From: Solirubrobacterales bacterium | GTDB lineage: Bacteria > Actinomycetota > Thermoleophilia > Solirubrobacterales > 70-9 | NCBI GenBank assembly: GCA_019456285.1 | Contig: VRUE01000003.1 | Location: 1,867-65,866, forward strand | Direction of reading: 5' to 3' | Length of the DNA: 64,000 nt | Part shown: in pieces, positions 1 through 8,958 of the stretch | Position numbering within the stretch: position 1 is the stretch's first letter | Layout: each line of letters begins with the position of its first letter | Translations under genes and position numbers: made by a program | The notes under the pieces: model-generated | What the model was told of the DNA's origin: nothing | The model's database searches: none | The model's input: the letters and a program-made list of their open reading frames with translations, nothing else

Positions 1-446
1 TCGAAGGGGCTGAACCCGAGCATGATCAGCACCATCCCGGCGGCGGCGATCACGGTGGCGTCGATCGAGCTGCGCCCCTCCTTGGCCCAGTAGACGTCGT
101 CGAGATAGACCCAGAGCGCGAACTCGTCGAGCGTCAGCCCCGCTCCCACCCCGAAGAAGAAGGCGCTGATCTCGAACCAGGGACTCTCGCCGAACAGGGT
201 GAACCCCACCGTGCCGGCGATCATCATCGTGACGATGCCGAAGACGAGGTGGTGCAGGTGCACACCGCCGTCGCTGACCACGCTGCCCGGCCACCACGGC
301 GCCCGGGGGCTGCGCATCAGCCGGGTGCTCATCCGGATCAAGGCGAAGGAGAGGAGGAACCCGACCAGCACCATGAAGATCGCCTGGTTGTCGTTGGCGA
401 CGATCTGGTTGTTCCAGAACTTGGTGAGGATCGAGGCGGTGGTCAT
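1..446 (-). CDS. hypothetical integral membrane protein (start in window, 3' end runs off the left edge)
   Basis: Reverse-strand ATG at 446 (MTTASILTKFWNNQIVANDNQAIFMVLVGFLLSF...) stays open to position 1. It has hydrophobic segments and high GC3. ATGA overlap with the stop of the upstream gene at 443. It is absent from the ORF track, presumably because the window edge truncates it. Confidence 0.55.
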   Translation of the reverse strand, partial: MTTASILTKFWNNQIVANDNQAIFMVLVGFLLSFALIRMSTRLMRSPRAPWWPGSVVSDGGVHLHHLVFGIVTMMIAGTVGFTLFGESPWFEISAFFFGVGAGLTLDEFALWVYLDDVYWAKEGRSSIDATVIAAAGMVLIMLGFSPF

Positions 447-1192
447 GCGCCGGCGGGAGCCGAGTGTAGCCGGGGGCCGCTGCCGTCCTTCTCGGCGATC
501 AGGTCGAGGGTGAGCAGCACCGCGGCCACCGCGTAGACCGGAGTCAGGAGGATGTTCGAGACCGACTCCGCCAGCCACTCCGCGGCCAACGAGCCGCCCA
601 GCAGGCTGTCGGTCAGCAAGGTCGCGAGGGTCCCCAGCCCGCTGCCGGCCAGCTCGATCGGCGCCAGCACCCAGAAGACGATCCAGAAGCGGCCGCGGAC
701 CAGCTGCCAGCTGCGGGCGAACGCGGCCCGCACGCCGCGACGCTCGATCTCGACCACCGGCACCGCAAGGCCCAGCCAGACGAAGAGCGCCACGCCGGGG
801 GCGACCAGCAGGACCAGGCCGACCGCGACGAGAAGGCTGTAGAGGAGGTCGACCGCAACCAGCCGGCCGTAGGCGAGGCGGCTGGAGATCTCGCGAAGCG
901 AGGGCGGCTTCCCCTCCTCGCCATGGGTCAGCGAGACCGCGACCGCGCCGCTGTAGAAGACCTCGCCGACCAGGCTGGTGGCGGCCAGTGCCAGCACCGC
1001 CGTGACGACCGCGAACAGCTCCAGCCCGCTGCCCAGACTGAGCGAACGGATGTCGGCGTCGAGGGCGATCGCGTTGATCAGCCCAAGCGGCACGAAGACG
1101 ATCACGGCCAGCAGCAGCAGCGACGGCGCCCACTGTGCGTAGGTGCGCGCGATCCGCGCGTAGATCGAGACGACGGTCCCGAGGCTCTTCAC
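443..1192 (-). CDS. hypothetical multi-pass membrane protein
   Basis: 249 aa ORF with a GTG start and several long hydrophobic stretches (LLLLAVIVFVPLGLINAIAL, LVAVGLVLLVAPGVALFVWLGLAV). It starts 1 nt after the upstream stop and overlaps the downstream start by 4 nt. Confidence 0.6.
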   Translation of the reverse strand: MKSLGTVVSIYARIARTYAQWAPSLLLLAVIVFVPLGLINAIALDADIRSLSLGSGLELFAVVTAVLALAATSLVGEVFYSGAVAVSLTHGEEGKPPSLREISSRLAYGRLVAVDLLYSLLVAVGLVLLVAPGVALFVWLGLAVPVVEIERRGVRAAFARSWQLVRGRFWIVFWVLAPIELAGSGLGTLATLLTDSLLGGSLAAEWLAESVSNILLTPVYAVAAVLLTLDLIAEKDGSGPRLHSAPAGA

Positions 1193-1193
1193 G

Positions 1194-1526
1194 TCAGCGG
1201 CGGCGACGTTGCCCGGACTTGCCCCGGCCCCGCGCCTCCAGCCTCGCTTGAGTCGACTCCGACGCGGGCACGCGCTGGACCCCGCTCAACTCGGGTACGA
1301 GTAGCTCTTCCGTGCATTGCCGGTGCCAGTGGTGATGCTCGGTTCCGCCCAGTCGCAGCACGTATTGGACCACGGTGTGCTCGGTGCCGATCTCGATCTC
1401 ACCGTGGCAGCCGGGGCAGCGGTACAGCTTCTGCGAGATGCTGCGGATCAGCCAGGCCTCGTCGCCTTCGTCGGTGCGCCCGCGAAGGCTCCAGCGGACG
1501 CTGGGAAGCCCGGCATGGCCGCTCAT
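1194..1526 (-). CDS. small Cys/His-rich (zinc-finger-like) protein with basic tail
   Basis: I chose internal ATG 1526 of the 242 aa ORF because it forms an ATGA overlap with the upstream stop. The 110 aa product contains CPGCHGEIEIG...HHHWHRQC and ends in RGRGKSGQRRRR. Confidence 0.55.
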   Translation of the reverse strand: MSGHAGLPSVRWSLRGRTDEGDEAWLIRSISQKLYRCPGCHGEIEIGTEHTVVQYVLRLGGTEHHHWHRQCTEELLVPELSGVQRVPASESTQARLEARGRGKSGQRRRR

Positions 1527-1918
1527 CGCCTCGACAGCCAGGCGAAGCCGGCGGCCATCGCCAGGTTGGCGACCCCCGCCAGGCGCAGGCCCAGCTTCGC
1601 GCCCGGCCGGCTGACCGCGGGGGACTCGGACCAGAGCGCGTCGGTCGCGATCTCGGTGCCGCGCAGCCAGGCCAGCGCCCACCAGTCGCGCTGCTCGCCG
1701 CGAGCGGCGGCGAGCGCATGGGCGGCGGCGAAGGTGAGCCAGATCGGGCCGCAGCGGCGGAAGAGGTGCGCCGCGTCCGGGGAGGGCTCGTCGTGCCCCA
1801 GCACCTTCAGCGTCGCCTCCGGCGCCGCGATCGCCGCGGTTCCCAGCGCCAGGTCGAAGGCGATCATGTTGCGGTTGGTGAGGCGCAGCGCCCGCTCGAG
1901 CGTCATCGCAACGTCCAT
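1523..1918 (-). CDS. hypothetical hydrophobic protein
   Basis: C-terminal 131 aa of the 534 aa ORF (MDVAMTLERALRLTN...AGFAWLSRR). Only this part is non-repetitive and not opposite a recognisable gene. It is the first gene of a four-gene reverse-strand cluster. Confidence 0.5.
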   Translation of the reverse strand: MDVAMTLERALRLTNRNMIAFDLALGTAAIAAPEATLKVLGHDEPSPDAAHLFRRCGPIWLTFAAAHALAAARGEQRDWWALAWLRGTEIATDALWSESPAVSRPGAKLGLRLAGVANLAMAAGFAWLSRR

Positions 1919-2041
1919 CCAATCAGATCGGACCGAGCGACCGCTTCGGTAAGGACCTATCCCGGTAGGGAGCGCACCCCTGGCTGCGGCCTGGCTGGCG
2001 TCGCGGAAGGGAAAGCGCGAGGACCGGCGAAATGGACCGCT

Positions 2042-2899
2042 GTGACCAAGGCGGCGACGAAAGCACCCCCGCAGCTGAAGAGCCTTTCCGAGTACATCCA
2101 GGGGCGCTTCGGCGAGTTCTCGCGCTCCCAGAAAGATGTTGCCCGCTACATCGTCGACCACCTCGACGAGGCAGCCTTCCTCACTGCCGAGGAGCTGGCC
2201 GGGAGAGCGAGCACCTCGTCCTCGACGGTGGTGCGTTTCTCCCAGGCCCTCGGCTTCGAGGGCTATCCCGAGCTTCAGCAGGCGGCGATCGAGGAGTACC
2301 GCAGCTCGACCGTCACCGGCAACGGCGCGGCGAGCGGCGAGGCGCTCTTCTCCTTCGACCACTCCGAGCTGGAGGGGTCGCTCGGCGCCGACCACGCGAA
2401 CCTCGAGGAAACCGCGCGCAACCTGACCCGCGAGCAGGTCGACGGCGCGGTGGCGGCGCTGGCCGGCGCCCAACGCATCGTCATCGTCGGCGTCGACCAG
2501 ATGGCCTTCTTCGCCAGCTACCTGCGGCACACGCTCAGCCTGCTGGACATCCGCGCCGAGATCGTCGCCAGCACCGGCGGCGAGTCGCTGCAGCGACTCG
2601 GCCGGATCGACGAGGAGACACTGGTGATCGTGCTCTCCTCCGGCCGCGCCCACCCGCTGCTGTTGCGGGCGATGAAGCTGGCGCTGCACCGCAACGCCAG
2701 CACCCTGGCGATCTCCGACGCCTCGATGTCGGAGGTCGGCGAGCACGCTGGGCAGACTCTCTACTTCTCCTCCAACAGCCCCTCGTTCGCGCGCTCGAAC
2801 ACGGCGCTGATGGCGCTTGTGCAGGCGCTTGCGCACGGGCTGTACGCGCGGGACGAAGCCGCGCACAAAGACCGGATTCGCGCCTACAAACTGAAGTAG
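2042..2899 (+). CDS. RpiR/MurR-family transcriptional regulator (HTH + SIS domain)
   Basis: Translation [65 protein letters not shown] followed by a SIS-like part ([16 protein letters not shown]...[11 protein letters not shown]). In-frame GTG at 2042; the upstream part of the 658 aa ORF is Arg/Gly junk. Confidence 0.85.
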   Translation: MTKAATKAPPQLKSLSEYIQGRFGEFSRSQKDVARYIVDHLDEAAFLTAEELAGRASTSSSTVVRFSQALGFEGYPELQQAAIEEYRSSTVTGNGAASGEALFSFDHSELEGSLGADHANLEETARNLTREQVDGAVAALAGAQRIVIVGVDQMAFFASYLRHTLSLLDIRAEIVASTGGESLQRLGRIDEETLVIVLSSGRAHPLLLRAMKLALHRNASTLAISDASMSEVGEHAGQTLYFSSNSPSFARSNTALMALVQALAHGLYARDEAAHKDRIRAYKLK

Positions 2900-2915
2900 C
2901 CCCCGCCCACGTAGT

Positions 2916-3812
2916 ATGGGCCGGGTGACCGAGCGCGCGACATTCCGGGTCAAGACCGGCCTGGCCGAGATGCTCAAAGGCGGGGTGATCATGGACGTGG
3001 TCACGCCCGAGGAGGCGAAGATCGCCGAGCGGGCCGGGGCCTGCGCGGTGATGGCGCTGGAACGGGTTCCGGCTGACATCCGGCGGGACGGCGGCGTGGC
3101 TCGGATGTCGGACCCGGCGATGGTCAAGGGGATCCAGGAGGCGGTGACGATCCCGGTTATGGCGAAGGCGCGGATCGGCCATTTCGCCGAGGCGCAGATC
3201 CTGCAGGCGCTCGAGGTCGACTACATCGACGAGTCGGAGGTGCTGACCCCGGCCGACGAGCGCAACCACATCGACAAGCTCGCCTTCGAGGTGCCGTTCG
3301 TCTGCGGGGCGACCAGCCTCGGCGAGGCGCTGCGGCGGCTCGGCGAGGGAGCGGCGATGATCCGCTCCAAGGGCGAGGCCGGGACCGGCAACGTGGTCGA
3401 GGCTGTCCGCCACATGCGTGAGATCGTCGCCGGCGCCAGGCGGCTGACGCAGCTCGGCCCCGAGGAGCTGGCCGGCGCCGCCAAGGAGCACCAGGCGCCG
3501 CTGGAAGTCGTCCGTGTGGTGGCGGAGGCGGGGCGCCTGCCGGTGCCGCTGTTCTGCGCCGGGGGGATCGCGACGCCGGCCGACGCGGCGCTGATGATGC
3601 AGCTCGGCGCCGAGGGCAACTTCGTCGGCTCGGGGATCTTCAAGAGCGCGGACCCGGAGCGCCGCGCCTGCGCGATCGTCGAGGCGACCACGCACTTCAA
3701 CGACCCGGAGCGGGTGACGGCCGCCTCGATCGGGCTCGGCGAGGCGATGCCCGGCCTCGAGATCTCCGAGCTGGCCGCCGCCGACGCCCTGCTCCAGGAT
3801 CGCGGGGCCTGA
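2916..3812 (+). CDS. pdxS: pyridoxal 5'-phosphate synthase, lyase subunit PdxS
   Basis: Near-consensus PdxS sequence ([49 protein letters not shown]...[11 protein letters not shown]...[27 protein letters not shown]). Confidence 0.97.
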   Translation: MGRVTERATFRVKTGLAEMLKGGVIMDVVTPEEAKIAERAGACAVMALERVPADIRRDGGVARMSDPAMVKGIQEAVTIPVMAKARIGHFAEAQILQALEVDYIDESEVLTPADERNHIDKLAFEVPFVCGATSLGEALRRLGEGAAMIRSKGEAGTGNVVEAVRHMREIVAGARRLTQLGPEELAGAAKEHQAPLEVVRVVAEAGRLPVPLFCAGGIATPADAALMMQLGAEGNFVGSGIFKSADPERRACAIVEATTHFNDPERVTAASIGLGEAMPGLEISELAAADALLQDRGA

Positions 3813-3813
3813 G

Positions 3814-4389
3814 CTGCGCATCGGCGTCCTAGCCGTCCAGGGGGGCTTCGAGGCTCACCTGCGGATGCTGCGCGAGCTCGGCGCCGAGGCGAGCGAGGTG
3901 CGCGTTCCGGACGGGCTGGACGGGCTGGACGGGCTGGTCGTCCCCGGTGGCGAGAGCACGACGATCTCGATCGGGATCGAGTCCGCCGGCCTGGAGCCGG
4001 CGATCCGCGCCCACCACGAGGCGGGCCGGCCGGTGTTCGGGACCTGTGCGGGGATGATCGTCTGCGACGACGCCCACCTGGGCCTGATCGACGCCACCGC
4101 GACGCGCAACGCCTTCGGCCGCCAGCTGCAGAGCTTCGAGGCCGACCTCGAGGTCGAGGGGATCGGCGACGAGCCGCTGCGCGCGGTGTTCATCCGCGCC
4201 CCCTGGATCGAGCGGCACGGGCCGGGAGTCGAGGTGCTCGCCTCGTACGCCGGCCACCCGGTGGCGATCCGCGGCGGGGGCGTGCTCGCCTGCGCCTTCC
4301 ACCCCGAGCTGACCGACGACCCGCGCCTCCACGCGCTGTTCATGGCGATGACGACAAGCGCCCGCGAGCGCCAGGGGGCGGAGAGGTGA
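3814..4389 (+). CDS. pdxT: pyridoxal 5'-phosphate synthase, glutaminase subunit PdxT (start codon unresolved)
   Basis: GTCAGMI active-site Cys motif and a HPEL motif. The conserved N-terminal strand RIGVLAVQGGFEAH lies upstream of the first ATG (3865), so the start must be at or before 3817. CTG 3814 is the only plausible nearby codon. Confidence 0.88.
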   Translation: MRIGVLAVQGGFEAHLRMLRELGAEASEVRVPDGLDGLDGLVVPGGESTTISIGIESAGLEPAIRAHHEAGRPVFGTCAGMIVCDDAHLGLIDATATRNAFGRQLQSFEADLEVEGIGDEPLRAVFIRAPWIERHGPGVEVLASYAGHPVAIRGGGVLACAFHPELTDDPRLHALFMAMTTSARERQGAER

Positions 4390-5489
4390 GAGACCCCAGA
4401 GCGGAGGGCCTGGCGAGGATCCTGGTCGGCTACTCGACCCGGGTGAAGGAGGGCGAGGTCGTCTCGATCGACGGCGACAACGCGGCGGAGCCGCTGCTGC
4501 TTGCGATCTACGAGGAGGTGCTGAAGGCGGGCGGCCAGCCGATCCTCAACGTCTCGCTCGACGGTCAGGCGGTCTCCTACTTCAAGCACGCGAGCGATGC
4601 CCAGCTGAGCTGGATCTCCCCGGTTGCGGAGTGGATGGTCGAGAACGTCGACGTCCGGATCGCGGTCGGCGCCAGCACCAACACCCGCGAGCTCTCGGCG
4701 GTGCCGCCCGAGCGGCAGATGCGGCGGCAGACCGCGACAGGCGACCTGCTGGCGCGGGCGATGCAGCGCAGTGCCGAGGGCGAGTTCCGCTGGTGCTACA
4801 CGCTCTACCCGACCAGCGCCTACGCGTCGGAGGCCGAGATGAGCCTGGTCGACTACGAGGACTTCTACTACGGCGCCTGCCTGGCGACCGACGGCGATCC
4901 GCTCACCGCTTGGGAGCGGGCCTCGGCCGAGACGGAGCGCCTTGCGAAGTGGGTCGAGGGCCACGAGGAGGTGCGCGTCACCGCGCCCGGGACCGAGATC
5001 ACCCTCGGTATCGCCGGGCGGAAGCTCGTTCCCTGCGACGGACACCACAACATGCCCGACGGCGAGCTCTTCACCGGGCCGGTCGAGGACTCGGTGCAGG
5101 GCGAGGTGACCTTCCACCTGCCGGCGCTGATCGGCGGGCGCGAGGTATCCGGGGTGCGGCTGCGCTTCGACTCGGGCAAGGTCGTCGACGCGAGCGCCGA
5201 GCGGGGCGAGGAGTTCCTGATCGAGCTGCTCGACACCGACCCGGGGGCGCGGCGCCTCGGCGAGCTGGGGATCGGCACCAACTACGCGATCGACCGCGGC
5301 ACCCGCGAGGTGCTGCTCGACGAGAAGATCGGAGGCACCGTCCACATGGCGGTCGGGCGCAGCTACCCGGAGTCGGGCGGCGTCAACGAGTCGGCGGTGC
5401 ACACCGACCTGGTCTGCGACCTGCGCCTCGGCGGCAAGATCGTCGTCGACGGCGAGGACTTCCAGGTCGACGGCAAGTTCGTGGTGTAG
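4386..5489 (+). CDS. M29-family (AmpS/PepS-type) aminopeptidase
   Basis: 367 aa with typical M29 blocks (LARILVGYS..VKEGE.V.I, NMPDGE.FT.P, LGE.GIGTN..I, ..LLDEKIGGT.H.A.G). GTGA overlap with the pdxT stop. Confidence 0.9.
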   Translation: MRDPRAEGLARILVGYSTRVKEGEVVSIDGDNAAEPLLLAIYEEVLKAGGQPILNVSLDGQAVSYFKHASDAQLSWISPVAEWMVENVDVRIAVGASTNTRELSAVPPERQMRRQTATGDLLARAMQRSAEGEFRWCYTLYPTSAYASEAEMSLVDYEDFYYGACLATDGDPLTAWERASAETERLAKWVEGHEEVRVTAPGTEITLGIAGRKLVPCDGHHNMPDGELFTGPVEDSVQGEVTFHLPALIGGREVSGVRLRFDSGKVVDASAERGEEFLIELLDTDPGARRLGELGIGTNYAIDRGTREVLLDEKIGGTVHMAVGRSYPESGGVNESAVHTDLVCDLRLGGKIVVDGEDFQVDGKFVV

Positions 5490-5524
5490 ACGAGCCGCCC
5501 GCGGCGGACGCGGGAGGGCCCTAA

Positions 5525-5959
5525 CTACTGGTTGGGAAGCGGGGAGCCCGCCAGCAGGAAGAACCAGATGGTCAGCGCCAGGGCGGCCAGCAGCACGGAG
5601 CCCATCAGGACTGCCTCGACGACCGTCGTCGTCTCGGTCGGGGTGGACGTGTCACGCACGCTCTTCTGCCAGGACGGGCGCATCGGCGAGAGTCGGTCGG
5701 TGCCGGTGGTGCGGACGTAGAGCCCGTTGAGCCGCCCGATCAGCCAGGCGATGAGCAGGACCGAGACGAGGATGCCGACCGCGACGACCATGTAGGGGCC
5801 ACCGCTTGGGAACTGGGTCTTCGAGATCTTCGAACCGATGTAGATCCAGCCCAGCGGGACCGCCGTCCACAGCGAGAGGGCGGCGACCAGCATCGCGACG
5901 AAGATGCCGCTAGCTGCCAGACCCCGGGCCGGGTGTTGGTTGTACGAATCGGTGGCCAT
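5525..5959 (-). CDS. hypothetical membrane protein
   Basis: C-terminal 144 aa of the 414 aa ORF, from ATG 5959. There are three clear hydrophobic helices (GIFVAMLVAALSLWTAV, YMVVAVGILVSVLLIAWLIG, LMGSVLLAALALTIWFFLLAG). Confidence 0.6.
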   Translation of the reverse strand: MATDSYNQHPARGLAASGIFVAMLVAALSLWTAVPLGWIYIGSKISKTQFPSGGPYMVVAVGILVSVLLIAWLIGRLNGLYVRTTGTDRLSPMRPSWQKSVRDTSTPTETTTVVEAVLMGSVLLAALALTIWFFLLAGSPLPNQ

Positions 5960-5983
5960 CCCTGGCCCATAGAATGGCAAACG

Positions 5984-6733
5984 ATGTCCGGGCATTCGAA
6001 GTGGTCGTCGATCAAGCACAGGAAGGCCGCCGCCGACGCGAAGCGCGGCCAGCAGTTCACGAAGCTGGCGCGCGCGATCACCGTCGCGGCGCGCGAGGGC
6101 GGGGGGGACCCCGACGCCAATCCCTCGCTGGCGGCGGCGACCCAGAAGGCCCGCGACGCCTCGATGCCCAAGGACAAGATCCAGCGGGCGGTCGACCGTG
6201 GCAGCGGCTCCGGCGCCGCGGCGGAGTCGATCGAACGGGTCGTCTTCGAGGGCTACGGGCCGGGCGGCGCGGCGATCCTGGTGGAGGCGCTGACCGACAA
6301 CCGCAACCGCACCAGCGCCGACGTGCGCCACGCCTTCACCAGGCACAACGGCAGCCTCGGCGAGCCGGGCTCGGTCGCCTGGATCTTCGAGAAGCGCGGC
6401 GCCATCGTCGTCGACGGCGACCGCTACGGCGAGGACGACCTGATCGCGGCGATCGACGCCGGCGCCGAGGACGTGCGGGAGGACGGCGACCTGCTGCGGG
6501 TCCTCACCGACCCGGGCGACCTGGCCGCGGTGCGCGGGGCGCTGGAGGAGTCGGGCGTCGAGATCCAGTCTGCGGATCTGACCATGGAGCCGAAGAGCGC
6601 GGTCGAGGTGGGGGAGTCGGACGCGCGCGCCCTGCTGCGCCTCCTCGACACCCTCTCCGAGCATGACGACGTCAACGAGGTCCACGCCAACTTCGACATT
6701 CCCGAGGAGGTCCTCGCGCGAGTAGCTGTCTAA
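5984..6733 (+). CDS. YebC/PmpR-family DNA-binding transcriptional regulator
   Basis: MSGHSKWSSIKHRKAAADAKRGQQFTKLARAITVAAREGGGDPDANPSL is the family signature. Start taken at ATG 5984. Confidence 0.95.
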   Translation: MSGHSKWSSIKHRKAAADAKRGQQFTKLARAITVAAREGGGDPDANPSLAAATQKARDASMPKDKIQRAVDRGSGSGAAAESIERVVFEGYGPGGAAILVEALTDNRNRTSADVRHAFTRHNGSLGEPGSVAWIFEKRGAIVVDGDRYGEDDLIAAIDAGAEDVREDGDLLRVLTDPGDLAAVRGALEESGVEIQSADLTMEPKSAVEVGESDARALLRLLDTLSEHDDVNEVHANFDIPEEVLARVAV

Positions 6734-6774
6734 GTGACTGAAGGCATCCGAAGCTCGGCTCAGAATCATTCTCC

Positions 6775-7302
6775 ATGCAAGTCGTGATGGGGATCGACCC
6801 CGGCGCCGCCAACCTCGGTTTCGGCATCGTGCGGGTGGAGGGCAACCGCATGTCCGCCCTCGACGGCGGCGTGGTCGAGACCTCGTCCGAGTTGCCGATC
6901 GAGCGCCGCCTGGAGCGCATCCACCGGGCGCTGGCCGAGCTGGTCGCCTGGCACGAGCCGAAGGCGATGGCGATCGAGGACCTCTACTTCGGCAAGAACG
7001 TACGCTCGGCGATGGCGGTCGGCCAGGCGAGCGGCGTCGCGATGCTGGCCGCCGCCGAGCGCGGCGTGCGCTGCTTCGCCTACACGCCGCAGGCGATCAA
7101 GATGGCCGTCTGCGGCTCCGGCGGCGCCGGCAAGAAGCAGGTTCAGCGAATGGTCGGGACGCTGCTCGGCCTGCCGGAGCCGCCCACTCCCGACCACGCG
7201 GCGGACGCGCTCGCGGTGGCGATCTGCCACGGCGGCGGCGCCGGCCGGCGGGAGGCGATCGACGCCGTCGAGGGGACCGCCCGGGAGCGGGTGGCCGGAT
7301 GA
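6775..7302 (+). CDS. ruvC: crossover junction endodeoxyribonuclease RuvC
   Basis: VMGIDPG....G.G... N-terminus, EDLYFGKN, and PDHAADALAVAICH near the C-terminus. It is followed by ruvA and ruvB. Confidence 0.95.
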   Translation: MQVVMGIDPGAANLGFGIVRVEGNRMSALDGGVVETSSELPIERRLERIHRALAELVAWHEPKAMAIEDLYFGKNVRSAMAVGQASGVAMLAAAERGVRCFAYTPQAIKMAVCGSGGAGKKQVQRMVGTLLGLPEPPTPDHAADALAVAICHGGGAGRREAIDAVEGTARERVAG

Positions 7303-7892
7303 TCGCCGCCGTCCGCGGCGAGGTGATGGTGCGCCGCCCCGATCACGTCGTGATCGACGCCGGCGGGGTCGGCTACCGGCTGACCGTCTCCGCCGAAACG
7401 CTGAAGGCCGTCCCGGCCACCGGGCGAGAGGCCTCCCTGCACGCCGAGCTGGTCTCCCGCGACGATTCGCTCTCCCTCTTCGGCTTCGCCTCCGAGGAGG
7501 AGCGCGACCTCTTCGGCGAGCTGGTCTCGGTCAGCGGGATCGGCCCGAAGGTGGCGATCGCCGCCCTCTCCGGCGGTCCGGCGCGCGAGCTTCTGCGGGC
7601 GATCGCCGCCGGCGACGCGAGGCGCTTCCAGGCGGTGCCCGGGATCGGCAAGCGAACCTCGGAGCGGATCATCGTCGAGCTGCGCGAGAAGGTCGCGGGG
7701 GCGCTGGAGGACGAGGTCGCGACGGCGGCCGCCGAGGGCGGCGACGCGCGGATCCTGGCCCGGGACGGCCTCGTCAGCCTCGGCTACGCGCCGCTGGAGG
7801 CAGCGCAGCTTCTCGACGGGGCCGAGAGCGGTGACGCCGAGGAGCTGATCGCGACCGCCCTGCGCAGGGCCGGCACGGGCAAAGCCGGATGA
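7299..7892 (+). CDS. ruvA: Holliday junction branch migration complex subunit RuvA
   Basis: MIAAVRGEV....[18 protein letters not shown]....ER.LF..L..V.GIGPK.A, VPGIGK.T.ERI..EL..K. ATGA overlap with ruvC. Confidence 0.95.
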   Translation: MIAAVRGEVMVRRPDHVVIDAGGVGYRLTVSAETLKAVPATGREASLHAELVSRDDSLSLFGFASEEERDLFGELVSVSGIGPKVAIAALSGGPARELLRAIAAGDARRFQAVPGIGKRTSERIIVELREKVAGALEDEVATAAAEGGDARILARDGLVSLGYAPLEAAQLLDGAESGDAEELIATALRRAGTGKAG

Positions 7893-8944
7893 GCGACCGC
7901 ATTCGCACGCCGGGGATCGACGATGAGCCGGAGGTTCGCATTCACGACGCGCGAGCGGATGCGCCGGACGAGGACCTCGACCGCTCCCTGCGCCCGCCCA
8001 CCCTCGCCGACTTCGTCAACCAGGAGCAGGTCACCGAGCAGATGGCGATCTTCATCGAGGCGGCGCGCGGCCGCGGCGAGCCCCTTGACCACGTCCTGCT
8101 CGCCGGGCCGCCGGGGCTGGGCAAGACGTCCCTGGCCCACATCGTCGCCGCCGAGCTGGAGGTGCCGATGGTGCAGACGTCCGGCCCGGCGCTGGAGCGC
8201 AAGGCCGACATCGCATCGTTCCTCACCGCGCTGGAGCCGGGCAGCGTCTTCTTCGTCGACGAGATCCATCGGCTGGGCCGCGCCATCGAGGAGACGCTCT
8301 ACCCGGCGATGGAGGACGGCGAGCTTCCCGTCGTGCTGGGACAGGGCGCCGGCGCCCGCACGGTCACCCTGCCCCTGCCGCCCTTCACCCTGGTCGGCGC
8401 GACCACCCGGGCCGGCCTCTTGACGACGCCGCTGCGCGACCGCTTCGGCGTCTGCCACCGGCTCGAGCATTACAACCCCGAGCACCTCGCCGAGATAATC
8501 GAGCGCTCGGCCCGGATTATCGAGGTCGAGGTCGATGCCGAGGGGGCGCGAACGATCGCGGGCCGCTCGCGCGGCACCCCCCGGGTCGCCAACCGGCTGC
8601 TGAAACGGGTCCGCGACTTCGCCCAGGTCAAGGACTGCGGCGCGATCGACGCCGGCGTGGCCGTCGCCGCGCTGGAGATGCTGGAGGTCGACGCCGGCGG
8701 CCTCGACCGCAGCGACCGCGCCCTGCTGGAGACGGTGGCGACCAAATTCGCCGGCGGCCCGGTCGGCCTCTCGACCCTCGCCGTGGCGATCGGCGAGGAG
8801 CAGGACACGATCGAGGACGTGCTCGAGCCCTACCTGCTCCAGCAGGGCCTCCTGAAGCGCACTCCGCGCGGCCGTGTCCTCACCTCGCGGGCCTACGACC
8901 ACCTCGGCCTCCCGACCCCCGAAGGGGCAAAAAGTCTCTTCTGA
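7889..8944 (+). CDS. ruvB: Holliday junction branch migration DNA helicase RuvB
   Basis: LRP..L.DF..QE.V......I.AA......[26 protein letters not shown]....[22 protein letters not shown]. Confidence 0.97.
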   Translation: MSDRIRTPGIDDEPEVRIHDARADAPDEDLDRSLRPPTLADFVNQEQVTEQMAIFIEAARGRGEPLDHVLLAGPPGLGKTSLAHIVAAELEVPMVQTSGPALERKADIASFLTALEPGSVFFVDEIHRLGRAIEETLYPAMEDGELPVVLGQGAGARTVTLPLPPFTLVGATTRAGLLTTPLRDRFGVCHRLEHYNPEHLAEIIERSARIIEVEVDAEGARTIAGRSRGTPRVANRLLKRVRDFAQVKDCGAIDAGVAVAALEMLEVDAGGLDRSDRALLETVATKFAGGPVGLSTLAVAIGEEQDTIEDVLEPYLLQQGLLKRTPRGRVLTSRAYDHLGLPTPEGAKSLF

Positions 8945-8958
8945 GTAGCCTGTCGGGG

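Noticed and set aside
923-2041. Long N-terminal extensions of ORF-track entries, for example the 658 aa form of rpiR, the 580 aa form of nusA from 39136, the 867 aa form of infB from 40485, and the 587 aa form of the dehydratase from 24281.
   Set aside because: The upstream portions overlap other well-supported genes or repeats, and they translate to Arg/Pro/Gly junk. In-frame GTG/ATG/TTG codons forming 1-4 nt overlaps with the preceding stop give the conserved N-termini.
3815-3830. GCGCATCGGCGTCCT at the pdxS/pdxT junction resembles the left arm of the family-1 repeat (GCGCATNTCGGCGTCCT).
   Set aside because: Here it encodes the conserved PdxT strand R-I-G-V-L in preferred codons. No hairpin or right arm follows. 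It is probably a coincidence.
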